A DNA stretch of 18,951 bases from a virus: positions 1-18,951 of IMG/VR virus record IMGVR_UViG_3300045988_141537. The stretch is one strand, 5' to 3'. Within the stretch, counting starts at the first letter, position 1; each line of letters starts with the position of its first letter. Positions 14,168 through 18,951 of this stretch are shown here, piece by piece. A program made the position numbers and the translations under genes. The notes under the pieces are model-generated. The model saw nothing but the letters and a program-made list of their open reading frames with translations. It did not search any database and was not told where the DNA came from.

Positions 14168-15043
14168 ATGGCAACAGCAAACTACAGCCTTCCCACCATC
14201 TCGGGTGAAGAGGTAATCGACATCGTAGGCGACATGAACGCGCTCGCCAACGCGACAGACGCAGCCTTGAAGAAGGTTGAGCAGGGCGGACTCGACCAGT
14301 ACGTTCTACCCACGGCGTCGCGCACCGTCAAGGGCGGCGTCATCGTCGGAGACGGGCTTTCCATCACCCCCGGTGGCGTTCTGTCCACCGTATCGCAGGG
14401 CGGTGGCGGCGGCACGGCGACCTTGCCAGTAGCGACGTCCGTCACGCTCGGCGGCGTCAAAATCGGCGCTGGAATCACCGTCACGCCCGACGGAACCATC
14501 TCGGTACCTGCGTCATCGAGCATCGAGGACGGCGCGGTTACGTCCTCTAAGCTTGCGAGCGGCGCGGTGACGGCCGACAAGCTGAGCGCCAGCGCGGTCA
14601 CCTCGGTCAAAATCGACAACGGCGCGGTGACCGAGGGCAAGATCGCGAACGGGGCCGTCACGTCCTCCAAGCTGTCAAGCGACGTCTCCGAGGACATCAG
14701 CAACGCAAAGTCTCAGGCGGCGAGCGCTTACCAAGGGTGGAGCGGGTCGCCAACGCGCGCCGGCTCCTTCTCCTTGGGTCAGGGCACGATCGAATCCTGG
14801 GGCAAGGTCGTTGTAGTCCATTGCGAGCAAATACCCGTTGCAAGCGCCTCGAAAACGCTTATCGGTACTGTTTCAGGCGCATATCGGCCTATAAGCGAAA
14901 CTACGGGCGTCGTTGCCGCCATCGGCGGTTCTGGAACGGTCAGCGCCTTCCTTAAAGTGGAGACGGGCGGCAACATCTACATCAACCCCGGCTCTGCGGC
15001 GGGGCTTAACTGGACCGGCACGCTCATGTACCTCATCAGCTAA
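14168..15043 (+). CDS. Tail fibre with repeat modules (291 aa)
   Basis: N-terminal anchor motif, then two ~29-aa LP..GGVK(I/V)G.G(L/I).(I/V)TP.G..S units, a Gly5 hinge, five GAVTxxK(L/I) repeats and a C-terminal globular part. Confidence 0.8.
   Translation: MATANYSLPTISGEEVIDIVGDMNALANATDAALKKVEQGGLDQYVLPTASRTVKGGVIVGDGLSITPGGVLSTVSQGGGGGTATLPVATSVTLGGVKIGAGITVTPDGTISVPASSSIEDGAVTSSKLASGAVTADKLSASAVTSVKIDNGAVTEGKIANGAVTSSKLSSDVSEDISNAKSQAASAYQGWSGSPTRAGSFSLGQGTIESWGKVVVVHCEQIPVASASKTLIGTVSGAYRPISETTGVVAAIGGSGTVSAFLKVETGGNIYINPGSAAGLNWTGTLMYLIS
14522..14680 (+). repeat. Five tandem 10-11-codon repeats (xGAVTxxK[LI]xx) inside the fibre gene
   Basis: Residues 119-171 read IEDGAVTSSKLAS / GAVTADKLSAS / AVTSVKIDN / GAVTEGKIAN / GAVTSSKLSS. 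The repeats also create the spurious antisense ORF 14182..14703. Confidence 0.8.
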
Positions 15044-15046
15044 GCC

Positions 15047-16348
15047 ATGCCGACGCGGGACAACACGATCATGTACGCCATGTATGTGATCGGCAAGGTG
15101 GAATCTGAATGGGACTGGGCGGCGGTATACCGTGCCGACCCCATCACGATCGGGATGATGCAGGAGTACGGGCAGAACGCAAGCGATCTGCTCAAGCTAT
15201 GCCGCGACGGCGATGCAGAGGGGTGGGCGTCCTTCGCAGCGTCCGCCCCCGACCTAGTGGCCGACGTGGACGACCACGGCGACAGCTGGGACTGGTGGAC
15301 TTCGCGCTACATCACCGATTCGGAGGCGTCCGCGTGGCAGGACATGGCAGCGCGTCCCGAGAACCACAAGATACAGCAGGACAAGTGGAAGGACGAGGCG
15401 GCGCGCTACATCGACACCCTGACGGGGTGGGGTTGGAGCGAGGACAGGCCCCAGACCCTCGTGTACGCCATGTGCATATACCACCAGTCGCCGCAGGCGT
15501 GCGGGCAGGTTACGCGGAGCTGCAGCGGCTCCGCGACCCTGGACAACCTGCACGCCACGACCCTTAACCACTGGATTGGCAAGTACGCGAACCGCTACAA
15601 CCAAGCCTACGACATGCTCAAGGACTGGGACGGGGATAGCGCGCCGCCCGACTTCGGGCAGGTTGTGGACAGCCCGGGCGGCGGCGACTCGGGCACCGTC
15701 TCACAGCCGTCGAACGACATCGACCGCGTTGAGATGCGCAACGGGCAGATCGTCGTGTGGGGGCTGTCATCGTACCCGAACGGGCTGATATGCACCTACG
15801 CAGCGCCCAACATCTGGATTCCATGGAGCCGCAAGGGCGGCACCGACAACCCAGGCGGCACGACGGGAGGGGGAACAGCGCAGGGAGCAGCAGCGGCGGA
15901 GAAGGCCGCCGATCTAATGCGAGGATGGGAAAAACGGTTCTCGTACTCGCAGGGCGCGGGCAGGCTGTCCCCCGAGAGCAGCGGCTACACCGACTGCAGC
16001 GGAGTCATCTGGTACGCCTACCAGCAGGCGGCGTCCCTGGACGTCGGCACCTGGACGGGGGAGCAGGCGGAGAAGGGGCGGCAGATAGCATGGGGGAACA
16101 ACGGCATGCCGTACAATGTGGAGACGCTCTACGGCATGCGCACGGGCGACCTCGTGCTAATCGACTGGAACACTGTCACGTCCCCCGGTAACACGAGCTA
16201 CGACCACGTGGAAATGTACATGGGGGACAACAAGCTCATGGGGCACGGAGGCGGAACGGCCCATCCGATGGGGCCGTACTGGAAGGACGATATGCTGGCA
16301 TACATGCGCAATGTAGCGACTTGGGAAATCAGGCGGTACGCCGAGTAA
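15047..16348 (+). CDS. Tail-associated peptidoglycan hydrolase: N-terminal lysozyme/transglycosylase-like domain plus C-terminal NlpC/P60 peptidase (433 aa)
   Basis: N-terminal VESEW...ITIGMMQEYG has an ES...G(L/M)MQ transglycosylase-like pattern. A Gly-rich linker follows. C-terminal GYTDCSGVIWYAY, DHVEMYMG and MGHGG give the Cys-His-His layout of NlpC/P60. Its position matches phi29 gp13. Confidence 0.82.
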   Translation: MPTRDNTIMYAMYVIGKVESEWDWAAVYRADPITIGMMQEYGQNASDLLKLCRDGDAEGWASFAASAPDLVADVDDHGDSWDWWTSRYITDSEASAWQDMAARPENHKIQQDKWKDEAARYIDTLTGWGWSEDRPQTLVYAMCIYHQSPQACGQVTRSCSGSATLDNLHATTLNHWIGKYANRYNQAYDMLKDWDGDSAPPDFGQVVDSPGGGDSGTVSQPSNDIDRVEMRNGQIVVWGLSSYPNGLICTYAAPNIWIPWSRKGGTDNPGGTTGGGTAQGAAAAEKAADLMRGWEKRFSYSQGAGRLSPESSGYTDCSGVIWYAYQQAASLDVGTWTGEQAEKGRQIAWGNNGMPYNVETLYGMRTGDLVLIDWNTVTSPGNTSYDHVEMYMGDNKLMGHGGGTAHPMGPYWKDDMLAYMRNVATWEIRRYAE

Positions 16349-16380
16349 AGGGCGTCCATCGGGAAATGAAGGTTATCAAC

Positions 16381-17454
16381 ATGCAGAATATTCTAGAAAA
16401 AGATAATATATCACCCCGACGGTACTACCCCGTAGCTAAGACGTGCAGCTACGGCGCGCCTTTGACGCTCATCATCTCGGCTCGCAGCTACGGCAAAACC
16501 TTCGGGTTCGTACTCAGAGGATTAAAGAGATGGGCGAAAACTGGCGCGCAGTTCGCTTGGGTTCGGCGCTACGACGACGAGACCGCGAAGACGGCCCCGA
16601 CGCTGCTAGACGACGTCTTGTCTCATGGGTATATGGAAGGGTATGAGTTCCGTTACGTCGGGCGGCGATGGGAAGGCAGGAAGAGCGGAGACGATTCGAG
16701 GCCCTGGGCTACGGTATGTCACTGCCTGACGCTTAGCATGGGACAGAGCTATAAAGGCGTGGCCTTCCCGCTCGTGGATACGGTCATCTTCGATGAGTTC
16801 ATCCGAGAGGTGAAAACGCCGCCCGGGTACCTTCGGGAAGAGGTAGGCGTTTTCCTAAACCTGCTTAAATCGGTTTTCCGCGATCGCCCGCGCGTGCATG
16901 CCTTCGCGCTCGCCAACGCCTGCGACCTTACAGCACCGCTGCTCGCGTTCGCGGGAGTTCGCAGTGAGTCGCAGATAGCAACGCCTTCCGGGTACTCCTG
17001 GCATAATAATAAAAGCGTCCTCGTGCACTTCGCGCACGATGCCGAGTTTATGGCCCAGGAGGCTGAAACGGTCGTGGGCAGGCTCGTGCAGGGCACGCCG
17101 TACGCGGGCGTTATGCTCGGTAATCAGTTCGCCAACGGAGGAGACAACCTGATCGGGTCGAAGCCCGCGCGGGCTCGGTACCGGTACGGTTTCGTATTCG
17201 AATCTGAGCGTTTCGGCGTATGGAGCGACGACGTGACGGGCGTGCTATACGTCAACGGCAAGATTCCAAGCGGTGCGGGGATGCTGTTCACCCTGCAAGC
17301 AGGCGATATGTCCGTCGATGTCGTCATGGTGGAGCGCGCGGCTCCATTCGCAAAAGCGATCATGCGCCTTTTCGGCTTCGGGCGCGTTCTGTTCGATTCC
17401 GCGGCGACGCGTGAACGCTTTATAAAGATGCTCGGGTTGTGCGGCTTGCGCTAG
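16381..17454 (+). CDS. DNA encapsidation ATPase (phi29 gp16-like), 357 aa
   Basis: Walker A SARSYGKT, FAWVRRY and Walker B DTVIFDEF parallel gp16 GARGIGKS, FIYVRRY and VFDEF. ATG 16381 has GAAGG 7 nt upstream. ATG 16366 is an in-frame alternative, and the track start 16321 is rejected. Confidence 0.9.
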   Translation: MQNILEKDNISPRRYYPVAKTCSYGAPLTLIISARSYGKTFGFVLRGLKRWAKTGAQFAWVRRYDDETAKTAPTLLDDVLSHGYMEGYEFRYVGRRWEGRKSGDDSRPWATVCHCLTLSMGQSYKGVAFPLVDTVIFDEFIREVKTPPGYLREEVGVFLNLLKSVFRDRPRVHAFALANACDLTAPLLAFAGVRSESQIATPSGYSWHNNKSVLVHFAHDAEFMAQEAETVVGRLVQGTPYAGVMLGNQFANGGDNLIGSKPARARYRYGFVFESERFGVWSDDVTGVLYVNGKIPSGAGMLFTLQAGDMSVDVVMVERAAPFAKAIMRLFGFGRVLFDSAATRERFIKMLGLCGLR

Positions 17455-17475
17455 TGTGCAGCCGCTGCACATAAT

Positions 17476-17499
17476 AAAGCCCCGCTTTTGCGGGGCTTT
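17476..17499. terminator. Bidirectional rho-independent terminator between convergent operons
   Basis: AAAGCCCCGC-TTTT-GCGGGGCTTT forms a 10-bp stem with a 4-nt loop, T-rich on both strands. It is preceded by a small hairpin GTGCAG-CCG-CTGCAC (17456-17470). It sits between the stop codons at 17454 (+) and 17501 (-). Confidence 0.8.
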
Positions 17500-17500
17500 C

Positions 17501-17992
17501 TTAGTGTATGCCTTGCTTTGGCATGACTACGAAGCGGCCTACTTCCTCATGGTTCGAGGCTATGAAACGGCCGCGCATAACCTCATCTGGCAGTCTGTCG
17601 ATAATTACGTCCCAGCCGCCCGCCTTCGCCACTTTTAACACTTTATCGAGTAGTTTAGGGTCGTAGCTGTTGCCGCGCGCCTGCGTAGGCTCGTCTATGA
17701 GGTGCCGCCAATTGCTCGGATTTATAGGCTCGAAATCCATAGGCAAATAGAAGGCAACGCGGTCTTTGGCCAAAACGCGATCGTCATCGCCGCCGAAGGT
17801 ACATGGGTGGCATTCGGTCGTCTTAAAATCAACCTCAATGGCCATATGGGTATCCGTGGCGATTATCGCATGGCGGGCTGGGCTGTACCAAGGGCGCTCT
17901 AATCCCTTGTGCGTGCTCGTTCCTTTAACCTTTAAAGAGCAGGCGCAGAGAGCTTTATAAACCTTGCCAGTGATGTATTCTTCGAAGCACAT
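17501..17992 (-). CDS. Right-arm early protein with beta-clamp-like motifs, function unknown (163 aa)
   Basis: ATG 17992 (GAGAGG 8 nt upstream) is preferred over track TTG 17998, which is only 2 nt from the RBS. IIATDTHMAIEV, FEPINPSNWRHLI and the C-terminal RFVVMP recall DnaN ATDGHRLA, FPDYRRVLP and YVVMPMRL (from memory). Confidence 0.7.
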   Translation of the reverse strand: MCFEEYITGKVYKALCACSLKVKGTSTHKGLERPWYSPARHAIIATDTHMAIEVDFKTTECHPCTFGGDDDRVLAKDRVAFYLPMDFEPINPSNWRHLIDEPTQARGNSYDPKLLDKVLKVAKAGGWDVIIDRLPDEVMRGRFIASNHEEVGRFVVMPKQGIH

Positions 17993-17994
17993 AA

Positions 17995-18135
17995 TCAAAA
18001 CCTCTCAATCAGGATGCAAACGGCCACCGCCTGCACCAGTCCTAAAAACGCGAATTGCAAACTTCCGAAAACGATTAGCAGGGCCGAACTAGTGGCGATC
18101 GCGACAAGCGCGGCCCTGCCGGGCTTAACCCTCAT
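17995..18135 (-). CDS. Small hydrophobic membrane peptide (46 aa), below the ORF-track cutoff
   Basis: AGGAGG lies 7 nt upstream of ATG 18135. Hand translation: MRVKPGRAALVAIATSSALLIVFGSLQFAFLGLVQAVAVCILIERF. The TGA at 17995-17997 is 2 nt from the next gene's ATG. Confidence 0.6.
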   Translation of the reverse strand: MRVKPGRAALVAIATSSALLIVFGSLQFAFLGLVQAVAVCILIERF

Positions 18136-18146
18136 GCGTAGGCCTC

Positions 18147-18325
18147 CTACTTCTCAACCCAAGCATTCAACGACCACACGTTACACGAACCGCCTACAAG
18201 CTTCGCGAAGGCCTCAGCGCTGGCCTTAGACTCGAAGAACGCATTATAATAATCCTGGCCGTTATTATAAAAACTCGGTAAACACGGGTCTTCTCGTAGC
18301 TGATTCCGTTGATTTCGGTTTCCAT
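18147..18325 (-). pseudogene. Small ORF interrupted by a frame change at a T5 run (59 aa if joined; 43 aa in frame 0, ending at 18194)
   Basis: GGGAGG lies 7 nt upstream of ATG 18325, which is 2 nt after the upstream stop. Frame 0 gives METEINGISYEKTRVYRVF, then implausible sequence. The -1 frame from the T5 run (+ strand A5, 18269-18273) gives YNNGQDYYNAFFESKASAEAFAKLVGGSCNVWSLNAWVEK. That frame has no start of its own and ends at a TAG (18147-18149) abutting the next RBS. Confidence 0.45.
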
Positions 18326-18327
18326 GG

Positions 18328-18696
18328 TTATTCCTCCCAAATATTGGAATCGCTGCACTTGAACACGCGTGACACGATCATATAGGCCGCACGGTCTTCC
18401 ATGTCGCCGTATTCGTTAAGATCGTCCACGTTGTCGAAACCTGCTAGCCGGTTGATTAGGCAGTCTTCAAGTTCGAACCAAACGAAATCATTTATATCTG
18501 TGTCTGTGACAGTTTCCGCACACTCGAAAGCAGATTCGATTTCCGAGTTTATAACGTCGAAAACGTAATCATTCGGGGCCAACTGGTCAACGGGGGAATC
18601 TTTTACGATCTCGCATGCATCATCGATGATACTTTTAGCGCCTGACCAGAAATCGAAGCTTGAAATTGAAAACTCGTGTTCGACTACGTAACGCAT
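18328..18696 (-). CDS. Highly acidic right-end early protein (122 aa), unknown function
   Basis: GGAAGGAG lies 6 nt upstream of ATG 18696, making this the first gene downstream of the ITR-R promoter. Hand count gives 30 D/E against 7 K/R. Confidence 0.8.
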   Translation of the reverse strand: MRYVVEHEFSISSFDFWSGAKSIIDDACEIVKDSPVDQLAPNDYVFDVINSEIESAFECAETVTDTDINDFVWFELEDCLINRLAGFDNVDDLNEYGDMEDRAAYMIVSRVFKCSDSNIWEE

Positions 18697-18716
18697 AACC
18701 TGCTCCTTCCAGATCG

Positions 18717-18951
18717 CGCACCCAAGCCCAGCGCCGGGTGCCTTGCCTTGCTGACAGTGACCACTATAGCAGGTGTGGAAAGTGCTGTCTAGTATTTTGG
18801 GCTAAAAAGTTGGTTATTATTTTGGGGTGTAGTATTTTGTGGTTAGTTTGTGGTGGGCTTATGTGGGTTGTTGAATGTTGGTTGTGTTTTGGTGGGGTCA
18901 TACTGTGGGTAGTATTATTTGGGGGAAATAAGTGGGATATTGTTTACTACA
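18717..18951. repeat. Right inverted terminal repeat (ITR-R, 235 bp)
   Basis: Exact reverse complement of 1-235. Confidence 0.95.
18763..18791 (-). promoter_or_regulatory. Sigma70-type early promoter inside ITR-R, reading inward (mirror of 161-189)
   Basis: The minus strand reads TAGACA (18791-18786), a 17-nt spacer, then TGcTATAGT (18771-18763). It drives the operon 18696 to 17501. Confidence 0.6.

Noticed and set aside
14182-14703. 173-aa minus-strand ORF in the fibre gene
   Set aside because: It is an artefact of the GAVT/Gly-rich repeat region, which stays open on the opposite strand.
17456-17638. 60-aa plus-strand ORF after the ATPase gene
   Set aside because: It starts inside the terminator hairpins and runs antisense to the clamp-like gene.
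18014-18229. 71-aa plus-strand ORF in the right arm
   Set aside because: It runs opposite to the operon and has no RBS. Its Pro/Thr/Arg-rich translation overlaps the well-supported 46-aa and frameshifted minus-strand ORFs.
18800-18951. G-quadruplex potential of the G-rich strand of the ITRs
   Set aside because: Runs of three or more G exist, but they are mostly separated by 10-25 nt. That is too far apart for a confident canonical G4 call without computation.
1-18951. Lysogeny module, tRNAs and CRISPR arrays
   Set aside because: No integrase, recombinase or repressor-like ORF, no cloverleaf-capable gap and no spacer-repeat array were seen. The genome looks strictly lytic. Absence is judged by eye only.

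Overview
The window is a complete linear phi29/Cp-1-type podophage genome of about 19 kb. Perfect 235-bp inverted terminal repeats (1-235 and 18717-18951) bracket six blocks. (i) A left early arm of small, lower-GC ORFs. (ii) A replication module: p6-like DNA-binding protein, p5-like SSB, terminal protein and a protein-primed family-B DNA polymerase. (iii) A holin plus GH25 endolysin cassette. (iv) One orphan minus-strand gene beside a 229-bp structured regulatory region. (v) A late module collinear with phi29 genes 7-8-9-10-11-(fibres)-13-16. (vi) A right early arm of four minus-strand genes read inward from the right ITR. No integrase, repressor, tRNA or CRISPR array is visible. Hand-counted 60-nt windows in the core give about 60-65% G+C, against about 40-45% in the ITRs, the left early arm and one fibre tip. 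The points most worth follow-up are: identical promoters embedded in both ITRs; a twin-hairpin three-way-junction element where phi29 carries gene 4; a late-operon leader with mutually exclusive pairings around a terminator-like hairpin; an in-frame internal start in the endolysin; a low-GC receptor-binding tip; and a right-arm operon with an extremely acidic protein, a frameshift-interrupted small ORF, an untracked 46-aa membrane peptide and a protein with beta-clamp-like motifs. All homology statements come from motif reading and remembered reference sequences, not from searches.
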